Numbered from the stretch's first letter, positions 27,970-38,734 are shown. The stretch: 64,000 nt of DNA from Terracidiphilus sp. (GCA_050015115.1 JBEKCA010000002.1:4345-68344), one strand, 5' to 3'. A program made the numbers and translations. Notes: a model not told the origin generated them from the sequence alone.

Positions 27970-30900
27970 TTGTTGAGGAATTTTTGCTGCCCCATTCTGG
28001 GTTTTCTCTCTACTTTGTGTTTTGCCACAACTCTTCTCGCCGATCCGGCCTTCACGATTGCCGGTATCGTGCATGACGAGAGCGGCGCTAGGGTCTCTCA
28101 CGCGCATGTATCCGTGCGCAATGCAGGCTCCGATCTGCAGTTGAGCGCCGAGACAGGCGATCAGGGCGAGTTTCGTATTGAAGCTCCCGCAAGCGGCAGC
28201 TACCAGATTGACGTTGTCTCGGAGGGATTCAAGCCGCTCGCGGTGCAAACTATTCTCACGGATCAATCGCCAGCCGTCGAGTTGAACCTCACGCTGGAAA
28301 TTGCGGAACACGCCGAGACAGTGGAAGTGACGGCCGACGTCCTGGCCGCCGAGACCACAAGCACTCAGTTAGGCGAGACACTGGACACGAAAAAAATTGA
28401 GAGCGTGCCATTGAACGGACGCAACTTTACCGACCTGATGGCCGTTCAGCCAGGAATCGCGCCCGCGAGCACGGCACAGCCTGGCGCGGTAATCATGACC
28501 GGCGTGGCCGCGACGCCACCCTCCGGTGACGCCAATCCCGGCACTCTCTCGATCAGCGGCCAGCGCGAGGCATCCAACGGTTTCAGGGTGAATGGCAGCG
28601 ACGCCGAAGAGGATGTGAACATGGGCACATCGATCGTGCCCAATCTGGATTCGATCGACAGCTTTCGCGTACTGACCAGTAACTTCGATGCCGAGTATGG
28701 CAACTCGAGCGGCGGCCAGGTGCTGGTGACCACAAAGTCAGGCACGGAACGATGGCATGGCAGCGCCTTTGAGTTCTTGCGCAACACGGCTCTCGATGCG
28801 CGCAATTACTTTTCTCAGGATCGAGCCGCTTATCGCCAAAATCAGTTTGGAGGCACGCTGAGCGGCACGCCACTTCACCGAGGCGTTGCCGTTTTTGCCG
28901 ATTATCAGGGGACGCGGCTAACCGAAGGAATCGATACGGGCAACATTGCCGTTCCCTCTCTGCCCGAACGGGGCGGCGACTTGTCCGGGACAAACGCATT
29001 GAGCGGATGTGTAAGCGGCCCCTATTTGGCCTCGCTGCTTTCGCAAGAGCTTGGTGCCAGCGTCGCCGCAAACGATCCATATTCTCCGCAGTCGACCGGC
29101 TGCTCTGCCAACCGGCTAGCCGTCTTTCCCGATAACCGGATTCCCCAATCTGCCTGGTCTGCGCCAGCGAAGTATTTGCTGGCTTCGATTCCGCTGCCCA
29201 ATGCCGGAGCAGCTCTCTTCGCCACCGCACTTGAGGCCGAAACTCTCGAAGACAACAAGGGCGCGCTGCGCCTGGACTGGACTCACGGCAAAGGATCGCT
29301 GACCGGCTACTACTTCCTCGACGGCTACTCGCTCGATAATCCTTACCCAACAGGAACGGGCGGAGCCAGCGTGCCGGGCTTTGACGCAACCTCCAACGGA
29401 CTGGCGCAACTGGCCAGCCTGGGCCACACGATCACCTTCGGAGCAACAACGCTGAACGAGTTTCACCTGAGCTTCATGAGAAACGAAAACTCGGTCGGTC
29501 AGCCGAAAGGAGGGGTCGGCCCTTCCCTTGCTTCGCAGGGCTTCACCGGGATCGCCGCGCTCAAGCCCTCGACCGAGGGCATCGAGAATGTCGCCTTCAA
29601 CGACTTCACGCTCGGAGTGGACACCACAGCTCTGGTGCAGGCCGAAAACATCTATGAAGTCAGTGACGCCTTCAGTCGTATCGTCGGCAAGCATGGGCTG
29701 AAGACCGGCGGCGAGATCCACTGGAACCAGATCAACACCCATCCCGATGTGATCTTCAACGGTAGTTTTGCCTTCAACGGTTCTGAGACGGGCCTGGACT
29801 TTGCCGACTTCCTTCTCGGCGCGCCATCCAGCTACACTCAGGGCCAGGCCAGCAGCTTCTACAACCGAAACCTCTACATGGCTGCCTTCGCGCAGGATAG
29901 CTGGAAGATCCTCCCCACTCTTACCCTGAATTACGGCATCAGATGGGATAGAATCCGCCCTTGGAATGAGAAGTACAACCAGTTGCAGACGCTGGTCAAG
30001 GGCGAGCAATCGCAGGTCTATCCGGGAGCTCCGCTGGGACTCGTTTTTCCCGGTGACCCAGGCGTCGCTTCATCGCTTGCTCCGGCACGAAACGACTTTT
30101 CTCCGCGCTTCGGCATCGCTTACTCGCCACCCTCAGCCACACCCTGGCTAAAGAGGTTCATGGGCACACCAGGCCAGACAAGCATGCGCGCCGGCTACGG
30201 CATCTTCTATACCGCCTATGAGGGACTCTCTGCCGGCATCATGAGCGCCAATCCGCCTTATGGATACACCTACACCTCAGCCGCGCCGCCGCTGTTTGCA
30301 TCGCCCTTTACCGTTGCCGCTACCGGAGCTGATGCGGGCCAGCGCTTTCCCCTGCAAAGGGTTCCTTACGGCGCCAACCCTTCCGATCCGAACAGCAATG
30401 TGAATTGGAGCCAGTTTGAGCCGTTGGTCGGCATCCCAGCCGTAGACCCGGGCGACGTGACTCCTTACGCCGAGCACTGGATGGCCAGCGTTGAACGGCA
30501 GTTTGGCGCAGCCACGCTTGCCTCGATCGCCTACATTGGAGCGGAGTCGCACCATCTGCTCGTTTTGGAGGAAGCCAACCCCGCCAACCCGGCTCTCTGC
30601 CTGAGTCTGGGTTCGACACTCTGCGGTCCCTTCAACGAGCAGGCCGCGCGCACTCAATTCGGCTCCGCTTTTGGCAGCGTCGAGTTGCAGCGAACCATCG
30701 CCAATGCGGAATACAACGCTCTCGAAGCGACGCTGAACCGCCGGACGCGTAGCTTGAGCCTGCTGGCCAGCTACACCTACAGCAAATCCATCGATCAATC
30801 CGCCGGATTGCCTGAACCTGTGAATCCAGTAAATCCATCGCTCAGCCGCTCGCTCTCTTCCTTTGATCTGCGCCACAATCTGGTCGCCACCTTCCAATAC

Positions 30901-31422
30901 CAGTTACCCGCTCCCGAGGCAAAAGGATTGCTGCATGTGATGACAAATGGCTGGGCAATCGCCGGAATTGCGCGTTTTACATCAGGATTGCCGGTAACGC
31001 TGCTCAATAACAACGACACTTCCTTGCTCGGCACCATCCCAAACGGCATCAACAACAATGGAGTGGACACTCCCGATTGGAGCGGCAAATCGCTCAGCCT
31101 CAACCGGGACCCTCGCGGCGCGAGACCGGTCTTCGACACCGCACAACTCACACTGCCCTCGCTGGGAACAATCGGCAATGCGCGCCGCCGCTTCTTCTCC
31201 GGCCCGGGCTTGGAGAACCTGGACTCAACGCTCTCACGTACCTTCGTTTTGGAAGGCTCGCACGCTCTTGAATTCCGCGCTGAGGCATTCAACCTGCTCA
31301 ACCATGCGCAATTTTTTGGCGCTGCCTCTGTCCAGGGCAACATCTCAAGCAGCAACTTCGGCCAGGCCGTCAGCGCCATGCCGCCCCGGCTCATGCAAAT
31401 GGCGCTGCGCTATCGGTTTTGA
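27970..31422 (+). CDS. TonB-dependent receptor (Oar-like)
   Basis: PLNGRNF, TKSGT..WHGSAFEFLRN..LDARNYF, QDSWK, FRAEAFN..NH, RLMQMALRYRF. Confidence 0.92.
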   Translation: MLRNFCCPILGFLSTLCFATTLLADPAFTIAGIVHDESGARVSHAHVSVRNAGSDLQLSAETGDQGEFRIEAPASGSYQIDVVSEGFKPLAVQTILTDQSPAVELNLTLEIAEHAETVEVTADVLAAETTSTQLGETLDTKKIESVPLNGRNFTDLMAVQPGIAPASTAQPGAVIMTGVAATPPSGDANPGTLSISGQREASNGFRVNGSDAEEDVNMGTSIVPNLDSIDSFRVLTSNFDAEYGNSSGGQVLVTTKSGTERWHGSAFEFLRNTALDARNYFSQDRAAYRQNQFGGTLSGTPLHRGVAVFADYQGTRLTEGIDTGNIAVPSLPERGGDLSGTNALSGCVSGPYLASLLSQELGASVAANDPYSPQSTGCSANRLAVFPDNRIPQSAWSAPAKYLLASIPLPNAGAALFATALEAETLEDNKGALRLDWTHGKGSLTGYYFLDGYSLDNPYPTGTGGASVPGFDATSNGLAQLASLGHTITFGATTLNEFHLSFMRNENSVGQPKGGVGPSLASQGFTGIAALKPSTEGIENVAFNDFTLGVDTTALVQAENIYEVSDAFSRIVGKHGLKTGGEIHWNQINTHPDVIFNGSFAFNGSETGLDFADFLLGAPSSYTQGQASSFYNRNLYMAAFAQDSWKILPTLTLNYGIRWDRIRPWNEKYNQLQTLVKGEQSQVYPGAPLGLVFPGDPGVASSLAPARNDFSPRFGIAYSPPSATPWLKRFMGTPGQTSMRAGYGIFYTAYEGLSAGIMSANPPYGYTYTSAAPPLFASPFTVAATGADAGQRFPLQRVPYGANPSDPNSNVNWSQFEPLVGIPAVDPGDVTPYAEHWMASVERQFGAATLASIAYIGAESHHLLVLEEANPANPALCLSLGSTLCGPFNEQAARTQFGSAFGSVELQRTIANAEYNALEATLNRRTRSLSLLASYTYSKSIDQSAGLPEPVNPVNPSLSRSLSSFDLRHNLVATFQYQLPAPEAKGLLHVMTNGWAIAGIARFTSGLPVTLLNNNDTSLLGTIPNGINNNGVDTPDWSGKSLSLNRDPRGARPVFDTAQLTLPSLGTIGNARRRFFSGPGLENLDSTLSRTFVLEGSHALEFRAEAFNLLNHAQFFGAASVQGNISSSNFGQAVSAMPPRLMQMALRYRF

Positions 31423-32150
31423 ATGATACTTCTCAGATCAGACCCGATGGTTGGAAAATCCGGCCTTTGGGAGTTTTGCTCGGGAAAATGGTCGAGAAGA
31501 ACCACATTGAGCAGAGACTTGTTCACCTGAATGCGGCCGTCGTAATTGATATATCCAAGCGTGCGAAAGCGATTCATAAAGAAGCTTACCCGCGAACGTG
31601 TCGTCCCGATCATCTCCGCTAGCGTCTCTTGCGAAATAGGTGGGATAAAGGTCTCTCGCTCACCGGGTTTACCGAACTCCGCCATGATCAGAAGAATCCT
31701 CGCAAGACGCTTCTCGCTGGAGTTAAAAAGCTGATCGACAAGATCTGCCTGAATTCGCATGCTGCGAGTCAGCACAAACTTCAGAAAGAAGTCTGCGAAT
31801 GTTGGCTCTTCATGCATTACGCGGGTCATCTCTTCCCTCGTGATCTTGAGAGCCACGCACGAGTTCACGGCAGATGCGGTTGCCAGACGCAGCCCCGGGA
31901 TAGCCGCCAGCGACTCCTCGCCAACAAAGTCGCCAGTGGAGAGAAGCGTGATCGTGGCCTCTTTTCCGTTTTGCGCGACAACCGTGAGTTTCGCCCTGCC
32001 CATCTGAATATAGAAAATTGTGTCGGCCAAGTCTCCCTGCGTGAAGAAGGTTTCCTTGGGCTCCAACTCGACAATTCTGCGGCCAAGCCCGGCTCCCGCA
32101 AGAAAAGTAGCCGAATCGAAAGTGCTTTGGGTGTCACTGTTTTTCAGCAT
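31410..32150 (-). CDS. Crp/Fnr family transcriptional regulator
   Basis: cNMP-binding fold (GDFVGEE), SEKRLAR, SQETLAEMIGTTRSRVS HTH; 3' end overlaps the convergent receptor gene by 13 bp. Confidence 0.93.
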   Translation of the reverse strand: MLKNSDTQSTFDSATFLAGAGLGRRIVELEPKETFFTQGDLADTIFYIQMGRAKLTVVAQNGKEATITLLSTGDFVGEESLAAIPGLRLATASAVNSCVALKITREEMTRVMHEEPTFADFFLKFVLTRSMRIQADLVDQLFNSSEKRLARILLIMAEFGKPGERETFIPPISQETLAEMIGTTRSRVSFFMNRFRTLGYINYDGRIQVNKSLLNVVLLDHFPEQNSQRPDFPTIGSDLRSIIQNR

Positions 32151-32273
32151 TTGACCATTCTCTCAATGGTTTGCCCGGTGCGATGGATGAACGTCCAGAG
32201 AAAAGCCACTTGGATCGAAGATGTCCGGTGATTGTGGCGAATCCAGCAAGAACCGCGGAAGAGGAACTTCTAA

Positions 32274-32424
32274 GAACCTATCCGTAAATTGGGAAAAGCA
32301 ATGGAGCGCCGGTCCCCAGACCGGCTGTACTGGCGGCGTCCCCGCCGCCGGACCTCGCCCGCCGGTGTTAAGACCACAGTACCGCCGAGCTTAAGACCGG
32401 CGGTGCCGATTTACGGATAGGCTC
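32274..32424 (+). mobile_element. 151-bp MITE-like element, copy 1
   Basis: TAA|GAACCTATCCGTAAATTGG ... CCGATTTACGGATAGGCTC|TAA; internal GC-rich hairpins. Confidence 0.85.
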
Positions 32425-32607
32425 TAACAGGACTATTTGAGCTCTACTCGCATCTTGGCATTGGCAACGCAGTCCCGGGAGGCATTTGGGGACACCGAGC
32501 GTCAAATTTGGGGCCGACCGCCCCGCACCTGAGAGCGGTTACACTCAGGCACTTTCATTATCGCCCCTTACTCCGCCGGTTGCGTGGTCTGTTTTGCTCA
32601 GTATTAA

Positions 32608-32758
32608 GAGCTTATCCGTAAATTGGGAAAAGCAATGGAGCGCCGGTCTCCAGACCGGCTGTACTGGCGGCGTCCTCGCCGCCAGACCTCGGCCGCCGGT
32701 GTTAACACCACAGTACCGCCGAGTTGGAGACCGGCGGTGCCAATTTACGGATAGGCTC
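32608..32758 (+). mobile_element. 151-bp MITE-like element, copy 2
   Basis: TAA|GAGCTTATCCGTAAATTGG ... CCAATTTACGGATAGGCTC|TAA; terminal inverted repeats match 18/19. Confidence 0.88.
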
Positions 32759-32930
32759 TAAGGATCGTGTCGCGAGACAGGAGCCGCAGAGGCCACGCCG
32801 GCAACGAGCTAGTCTGACCATCCTTGCCAAATCCAACTCTGAGAAGATGGGTCAAGTTGTCGAGAAGTGCGGCTGGTGGACATCGCGTCCGCACTAGCGT
32901 CGAGAGAGCGAAGTCGATAGGAGTTAGATC

Positions 32931-33740
32931 TTGAATCTTTCGTTGCACGCACAAGGACGATTGCGCGATCGGTGCGCAGAGGTAGCTTGCAGCCGAGGGA
33001 TCCGATCGACCAAACTGTTGTTCGGCACAAAGGCCGGCGCGGCCAACCCGATCTTCCTGTCACTTGCCCTCCTTGCATTTCTCCCATTGACCGCAGGCTC
33101 GCAAGCTCCGCCCGCTTTTGAAGGTTCCTCACCAGTTGCGGCGAGCACACGGCCAGATCAGTTCGACTCCGCATATTTGCAACCAACTGAGAAAACAAAA
33201 GTCCGCAACTATGTCTTCGACGCAGTCGGTCCGTATCCCATCCTCGGCGCAGGGATCGCCGCGGGCATCAACCAGATAAGCAATGCTCCACCAGAATGGA
33301 ACCAGGGCGCTGAAGGCTATTCCAAACGATTTGGGTCTGATTTCGGGATTGCGGTCATAGGAACAACGACGCGCTATGGATTGGCAAAAGCCCTCAAGGA
33401 AGATACGTTGTATTACCGCTGCGAGTGCACAGGCATATTACCGCGGGTGAGTCACGCCATGCTCTCGACCTTGACGGCGCGACGTGGCGAGGACGGTCAT
33501 CGCGTCTTTTCTCTCCCCGCGCTTATCGCGCCCTATGCGGGTTCGATGGCCGCTGTCTATGGTTGGTATCCAAATCGTTTCGGAGCGAAGGATGCATTCC
33601 GCATCGGCAACTACAGCCTGTTGGCATATGCGGGCAGCAACATCTCTCTGGAGTTTCTCTATAGCGGGCCACACTCTCTGCTTCGTCGCATGCATCTAAA
33701 CAATGCGCACGGATCTCCGGTTGAAGGACCAAACAAGTGA
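32931..33740 (+). CDS. Hypothetical exported/membrane protein coupled to mlaE
   Basis: Hydrophobic signal-like segment; PPEWNQGAEGYSKRFG, EDTLYYRC, WYP motifs typical of an acidobacterial family; GTGA overlap with next gene; start uncertain. Confidence 0.7.
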   Translation: MNLSLHAQGRLRDRCAEVACSRGIRSTKLLFGTKAGAANPIFLSLALLAFLPLTAGSQAPPAFEGSSPVAASTRPDQFDSAYLQPTEKTKVRNYVFDAVGPYPILGAGIAAGINQISNAPPEWNQGAEGYSKRFGSDFGIAVIGTTTRYGLAKALKEDTLYYRCECTGILPRVSHAMLSTLTARRGEDGHRVFSLPALIAPYAGSMAAVYGWYPNRFGAKDAFRIGNYSLLAYAGSNISLEFLYSGPHSLLRRMHLNNAHGSPVEGPNK

Positions 33741-34588
33741 GCGGCTACGAATACACCGCGGTTGCAAACGTCAAACGGCCTAAGCCGACGCGGTGTAGCG
33801 CGCCCTTGCCCTCTGTAACCGGTACCATCACGGGCTTGGTCGAGGGGGTCTTCGAGTGGTTTGGAAGTCTGGGCATTTTTTCCTGGCGGGTGATCAAAGC
33901 TGCTGTGACACCGCCGTACCAATGGCGCGAATTGATTCGCCAGCTCGACGAGGTTGGATCGAAGTCTTTTCCTCTGGTCGTCTTGGCGGGTGCTGCGATC
34001 GGCGTTGTGATCTCCATGGAAGCGCGATATAGTCTCAGTCGTTTCGGCGCTAAATCGATGTTCCCGTCGACGCTCGTGTATTCCGTAATCCAAGTCATGG
34101 GCCCCATCATCACCGGGCTGATCGTGAGCGGCCGAGTGGGAGCCGGCATTGGCGCGGAGTTGGCCTCCATGAAAGTGACCGAGCAGATCGATGCCATCGA
34201 AGCATCTGCAATCAATCCACACAGACTTCTGGCAGCAACGCGAATTCTGGCTTGCATTCTCATGTTGCCACTTCTAACTCTTGCAGCCGACGCGAGCGGC
34301 TTGTTGACGGGTTGGTTTGCACAGACTCTCGTTGAGCCCCTGTCTTTTCATCAATTCATTGAAAGCGGATTTCACGGCGCAACTTTCAACGCATTCCTGC
34401 CACCGACTTTCAAGACGGCGGTCTATGGCCTGATCATCGGGCTCATTTCGTGCTTTCAGGGAATGCGCACCCGGGGAGGTGCTGAGGGCGTGGGCCGCGC
34501 AGCCACCAACTCAGTGGTTCTCGCATCGCTCTTCGTCATTCTTGCCGATGTGGTGCTGGTGAAATTCATTCTCGTTGTTTTTCCGTAA
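33737..34588 (+). CDS. mlaE: MlaE-family ABC transporter permease
   Basis: GPIITGLIVSGRVGAGIGAELASMKVTEQIDA, GGAEGVGRAAT.SVV. Confidence 0.9.
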   Translation: MSGYEYTAVANVKRPKPTRCSAPLPSVTGTITGLVEGVFEWFGSLGIFSWRVIKAAVTPPYQWRELIRQLDEVGSKSFPLVVLAGAAIGVVISMEARYSLSRFGAKSMFPSTLVYSVIQVMGPIITGLIVSGRVGAGIGAELASMKVTEQIDAIEASAINPHRLLAATRILACILMLPLLTLAADASGLLTGWFAQTLVEPLSFHQFIESGFHGATFNAFLPPTFKTAVYGLIIGLISCFQGMRTRGGAEGVGRAATNSVVLASLFVILADVVLVKFILVVFP

Positions 34589-34622
34589 CTCAACCCGCCG
34601 TACACGGATTCGTGAGACAAAT

Positions 34623-35411
34623 ATGGCAGCATCCTATGACATGCCGGCGAATCAAGAACACCTCCAGCGGGAAAGATCCGCGCCGGTAGTCGCCGTCAAG
34701 GATCTTCGAAAGACCTTTGGAAGGCACACAGTCCTCAATGGGATCAGTCTCACTGTGGATAGCGGAGAGACCCTCGCCATTCTCGGCCGCAGCGGGACCG
34801 GAAAGAGCGTCTTGCTGCGAATCATCATCGGCCTCGAGACGCCCGATTCTGGATCGGTTTGCATCGATGGGCATGACATTGCCGGGTTGGCGATCGATCG
34901 ATTGGGCGAAGTTCGAAAGAAGATGGGCTTCCTGTTTCAGCACGCGGCTCTTTACGATTCGCTAACTGTCGCGGAGAACGTAGCATTTCCCCTTGAGCAC
35001 CATCGTAGAGACATGTCCAGGTCAGAGCGCAACGACTGGGTAGAGCAGTTGCTCGCCGAGGTGGGCATGGAAGGCAACCTTGAAAAGATGCCTTCTGATA
35101 TCTCAGGCGGAATGCAAAAGAGAGTCGGCCTGGCGCGCGCGCTCGCGCTCAAGCCGGACATTCTGCTTCTCGACGAGCCCACCGCGGGCCTCGATCCAAT
35201 CAGTTCGGGAGAGATCGACGACTTGATTCTCAAGCTTCAGAGAGAACGTCAGATGGCGTCCATCGTGGTAACTCACGATCTTCACAGCGCCAGAACGATT
35301 GCCAGCCGCTTGGCTCTTTTGGATCATGGCAACGTGGTAATTGAGGGTACATTCGAGGAGCTTCAAGAAAGCGATATCGCTTTTGTAAAGGAATTTCTCA
35401 AGCAATCATAG
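34623..35411 (+). CDS. mlaF: MlaF-like ABC ATP-binding protein
   Basis: GRSGTGKS, FQHAALYDSL, ISGGMQKRV, LLLDEPTAGLDP, VTHDL. Confidence 0.9.
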   Translation: MAASYDMPANQEHLQRERSAPVVAVKDLRKTFGRHTVLNGISLTVDSGETLAILGRSGTGKSVLLRIIIGLETPDSGSVCIDGHDIAGLAIDRLGEVRKKMGFLFQHAALYDSLTVAENVAFPLEHHRRDMSRSERNDWVEQLLAEVGMEGNLEKMPSDISGGMQKRVGLARALALKPDILLLDEPTAGLDPISSGEIDDLILKLQRERQMASIVVTHDLHSARTIASRLALLDHGNVVIEGTFEELQESDIAFVKEFLKQS

Positions 35412-35419
35412 GAGGGACT

Positions 35420-36610
35420 ATGTCGAAGGTAGCACGGTTGGGTGCATTCATCGTTCTGACACTTGCAATTCTCGCTGCTGGAGTCTTCGTCATAGGGAGC
35501 AAGGAATATCTGTTTCAACCCACCTATCGACTAAAAGCGCAGTTCGACAATGTTGCCGGTCTGACCGCCGGAGCGGACGTGCAGGTAGGCGGAGTTCACA
35601 GCGGAACCGTACATAGCATCGAGTTGCCTCACAAACCGGGGCAACAAGTCACGGTGGTTATGGACCTTGACAGTTCAACCCACGAAATCATCAAGCACGA
35701 CTCCATAGCTTCGATCGAGACCGCGGGAGTCTTGGGCAATCAATTCGTGGCCATTTCGTTTGGATCTGCCGGACAGGCCGAGGTGAAGGATGGCGAGATT
35801 ATCCAGAGCGAGCCGCCGCTGGAGATGTCGGACCTCTTCAAGAAAACGAGCGGCATTTTAGACAGCAGCCAGTTGGCCATTAACAATGCGACCTTGGCAA
35901 CGGCGCATCTTAACTCGGTCAGCGCCAAGATCGATTCGGGCCAAGGTACAGTCGGCGAACTGGTGAACGACAAACAACTCTACAGCAATCTGACGCAGAC
36001 GACAGCGGCCTTGCAGTCCACCATGGTTCAGGCACAGACCGGAGTGACCGACTTCCGGGAAAACATGGAGGCCCTGAAACATAACTTCCTCTTAAGCGGA
36101 TACTTCAAGAAGCGTGGCTACGAAGACTCAGCCGAAGTGGGCGCGAATGAGATTGTCGGGCTTCCTCAAGCTACGCCCACAAAATCATTCACGTTTACGG
36201 CCAGGCAGCTCTTCGGCGCCCGCGATTCGGCCAAACTACGGGATCAGAAATCTCTCAATGCCGGCGGCGAGTTTCTGGCACAAAACCAATTCGGCTTCGC
36301 TGTTGTGACAGTCTCGACCGGTACGGAAGGCGATACCCAAAAAGATATGGAGCTGACCGAGGCAAGAGCCATGGTAGTGCGCGACTATCTCGTCGATAAC
36401 TTCGGCTTCGACGACAGCCAGTTGAAGACATTAGGCCTGGGCAAGCAAGCAGCGTCGGATCATGACGCGGATTGGGGATCGATCCAGATACTTGTTTACC
36501 CATTGGGAACGGAGATCCCGCGTGACAAACCTGCGTCAACCGGTACCTCGTCTTCAATCAATATCGCAAAACCGGTCCAGGTCACAACAGCGGGCGCGAA
36601 TCAACCATAA
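35420..36610 (+). CDS. MCE/MlaD protein with coiled region and C-terminal OmpA-like domain
   Basis: N-terminal TM; F..VAGL..GADVQVGGV..GTV and ASIETAGVLG MCE motifs; C-terminal LTEARAMVVRDYL...G...L...GLG resembles the OmpA-like motif. Confidence 0.85.
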   Translation: MSKVARLGAFIVLTLAILAAGVFVIGSKEYLFQPTYRLKAQFDNVAGLTAGADVQVGGVHSGTVHSIELPHKPGQQVTVVMDLDSSTHEIIKHDSIASIETAGVLGNQFVAISFGSAGQAEVKDGEIIQSEPPLEMSDLFKKTSGILDSSQLAINNATLATAHLNSVSAKIDSGQGTVGELVNDKQLYSNLTQTTAALQSTMVQAQTGVTDFRENMEALKHNFLLSGYFKKRGYEDSAEVGANEIVGLPQATPTKSFTFTARQLFGARDSAKLRDQKSLNAGGEFLAQNQFGFAVVTVSTGTEGDTQKDMELTEARAMVVRDYLVDNFGFDDSQLKTLGLGKQAASDHDADWGSIQILVYPLGTEIPRDKPASTGTSSSINIAKPVQVTTAGANQP

Positions 36611-36678
36611 CCAATGACAGATGAAAGAATGCGAAACTTACGCTTGGCAAAAAAGTACCTTGCGGCGCTGGAGAAGAG

Positions 36679-36879
36679 ATGACAGGAAATAAGCACAACC
36701 CCGAGGGAAATAGTAGCGACAACGGTCAGCCCGATCCCGGTCCTTACTGGCGGCGCATGCACCGCGACTGGCGATTCTGGATAGGTGCGCTTTTTATGCT
36801 CGCCGCAATCGCGATTTACATTCTAAGTGGCGACTTGGCCTGGGTTCCTGGCGGCTCAGCACGCCATTCACTTCCATAA
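36679..36879 (+). CDS. Small single-TM membrane protein
   Basis: GGAGAAGAG RBS; 66 aa with HRDWRFW followed by a hydrophobic helix. Confidence 0.6.
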   Translation: MTGNKHNPEGNSSDNGQPDPGPYWRRMHRDWRFWIGALFMLAAIAIYILSGDLAWVPGGSARHSLP

Positions 36880-37018
36880 AGACTCTACCTGTCCGCTGCA
36901 TGTTTTTTGGCGGCGGTACTACTGGCTCTCTTTGCATACTGCGCAAATAGAATAAGTCAGAGGTGTGCAACTGTTTTGAAGCGGTAACATTCGAATGATT
37001 ATCTCGAGCCAGGTCTTT

Positions 37019-37678
37019 ATGAGTCTTCTTGTCCGGCATCCGGTTCAGTCTCATACATCAAGCCCGATTGCGCCGCGGTGGCTCACGCATCTGGGAGCGC
37101 CCGGCCTTTTCTTCGTTGCAATCGTGGACTCCTCGGTCATTCCTCTGCCGATCCCCGGCAGCACTGACCTGCTCCTCTTGTGGCTGGTGGCGTACCGTGG
37201 CAATGCATGGCTGCTGGCTCCCTGTGCCATAGCAGGCAGCATCCTGGGCGGATATACCACATGGGCGATTGGCCGCAAAGGAGGCGAAAAGGCGCTTCAA
37301 CACTACGTACCGGCGCGCCTGCTTCGGCGAGTGGTGTCTTGGGTTCAGCATCATCCGATCTTGGCGGTCTTTGTCCCCGCGATCCTTCCTCCGCCCATTC
37401 CTCTACTGCCGTTTGCATTAGCATCCGGAGCTCTTGGGGTACCACCCGCCCGCTTCCTCGCAGTTTTTGGTACGGCACGCGGGTTGAGATACTCCTTCAT
37501 TGCCTGGCTCGGCGTAACGTATGGACGCGGAATTGTCCGTCTCTGGTCTGGCAGCCTCCAGAAATGGTCAACTCCGTTGCTCTGGGTGTTCGTAACTGTG
37601 CTAACCATCGGGATAGGTCTCGGAGTCTGGAAGATTCGCGGGCTGCGCAAAGCTGACGCGGCGGCAAGAGTCGCGTAG
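37019..37678 (+). CDS. DedA/VTT (YqaA-like) membrane protein
   Basis: GLFFVAIVDSS.IPLPIPG..D, GSILGG...W.IGRKGG, LPPPIP, R..RY. Confidence 0.85.
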   Translation: MSLLVRHPVQSHTSSPIAPRWLTHLGAPGLFFVAIVDSSVIPLPIPGSTDLLLLWLVAYRGNAWLLAPCAIAGSILGGYTTWAIGRKGGEKALQHYVPARLLRRVVSWVQHHPILAVFVPAILPPPIPLLPFALASGALGVPPARFLAVFGTARGLRYSFIAWLGVTYGRGIVRLWSGSLQKWSTPLLWVFVTVLTIGIGLGVWKIRGLRKADAAARVA

Positions 37679-38044
37679 CGCAACCATAATTTCCCCAACG
37701 TCTTGTGAATCTATAAAGCTGCCCGACAAATCGAACAACCCGTAGCGGAACAAAACAAATGGCCGGATGGGGCGCCCCTCCGGTGAATCGCGAGCCCCAG
37801 ACCGGCGCTGGCCAGACAATTCGAGAAATCAAACGCAGAGCGGACAAGAGCGGGAGAAGTCTGGTCCGTTTTGCTCACAATTCAACATCGTTCCGAGCCC
37901 GGGTAAATCGGCATCGGAGCTGTCCTGACCTGAGCGTTCTTGCTCAGACTACGGAGTCTCATATCGTTAGTGTGGGAACTACCTTGTGCGCCACAATGCG
38001 CATACAGCAAGTGACGCTGCGCATGGGTAGAAAAGGTGAATTGC

Positions 38045-38734
38045 ATGAAAAAACTTATGACAATTGCGGCATTACTCGGTATGACAAGCATCTGCTGGGC
38101 GGGATCCGGTCGCGAAGCAACGGCCGACCGGTTGGATCATGCTGGTGCTGTGCTGCATGAGATTATGTCGGCGCCAGACAGAGGCATCCCAGAGGAAGTT
38201 CTGGACCACGCGCAATGCATAGCGGTAGTGCCGCATATGCTCAAGGGCGGATTCGTCTTCGGCGCAGAAAATGGCAGAGGGGTTGCTACCTGCCGGAACC
38301 AAAACGGTTGGAGCGCACCGGCGTTCTTTACCATTACCGGGGGAAGCTGGGGATTGCAGATCGGCATTGAAGGCGTGGATCTGGTCATGATTATCCAAAA
38401 TGACCGGGGCATGCAGCACTTGATCAACAGTAACTTTGAACTGGGCGGAGATGCTTCAGCCGCAGCCGGACCGGTTGGGCGCCACGCCTCCGCCGATACT
38501 GACTGGAAGCTGAATACCGAAGTCCTCACTTACTCGCGTGCCCGAGGCGCCTTTGCCGGACTCACGCTGACCGGCGCTGCGATTCGCCGCGACGACGACT
38601 CCACAGAGGCGATCTACGGCCATGACGTTTCCACGCGCAAGATTCTGCGTGGCGAAGTTGCCGTTCCGGCCGTGGCAGCATCGTTTCTCGACGCAGTCAA
38701 GAACGCAAAGGCCCAAGCCATCGCATCAAACTAA
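38045..38734 (+). CDS. Exported SYLF/Ysc84 lipid-binding domain protein
   Basis: Signal peptide; KGGFVFG...GRG, WSAPAF...GGSWGLQIG, LGGDASAAAGPVGR, YSRARG.FAG. Confidence 0.9.
   Translation: MKKLMTIAALLGMTSICWAGSGREATADRLDHAGAVLHEIMSAPDRGIPEEVLDHAQCIAVVPHMLKGGFVFGAENGRGVATCRNQNGWSAPAFFTITGGSWGLQIGIEGVDLVMIIQNDRGMQHLINSNFELGGDASAAAGPVGRHASADTDWKLNTEVLTYSRARGAFAGLTLTGAAIRRDDDSTEAIYGHDVSTRKILRGEVAVPAVAASFLDAVKNAKAQAIASN

Noticed and set aside
32274-32758. Repeat-unique-repeat pattern considered as a CRISPR array
   Set aside because: Repeats are 151 bp with TIRs, there are only two, a third copy is dispersed, and no cas genes are present.
32486-32761. 91-aa ORF crossing MITE copy 2
   Set aside because: Mostly translated repeat sequence with no RBS or protein-like features.
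37679-38044. Possible Crp-type binding sites upstream of the SYLF gene
   Set aside because: Only half-site matches such as GCTCACAA; too weak to call without a motif model.
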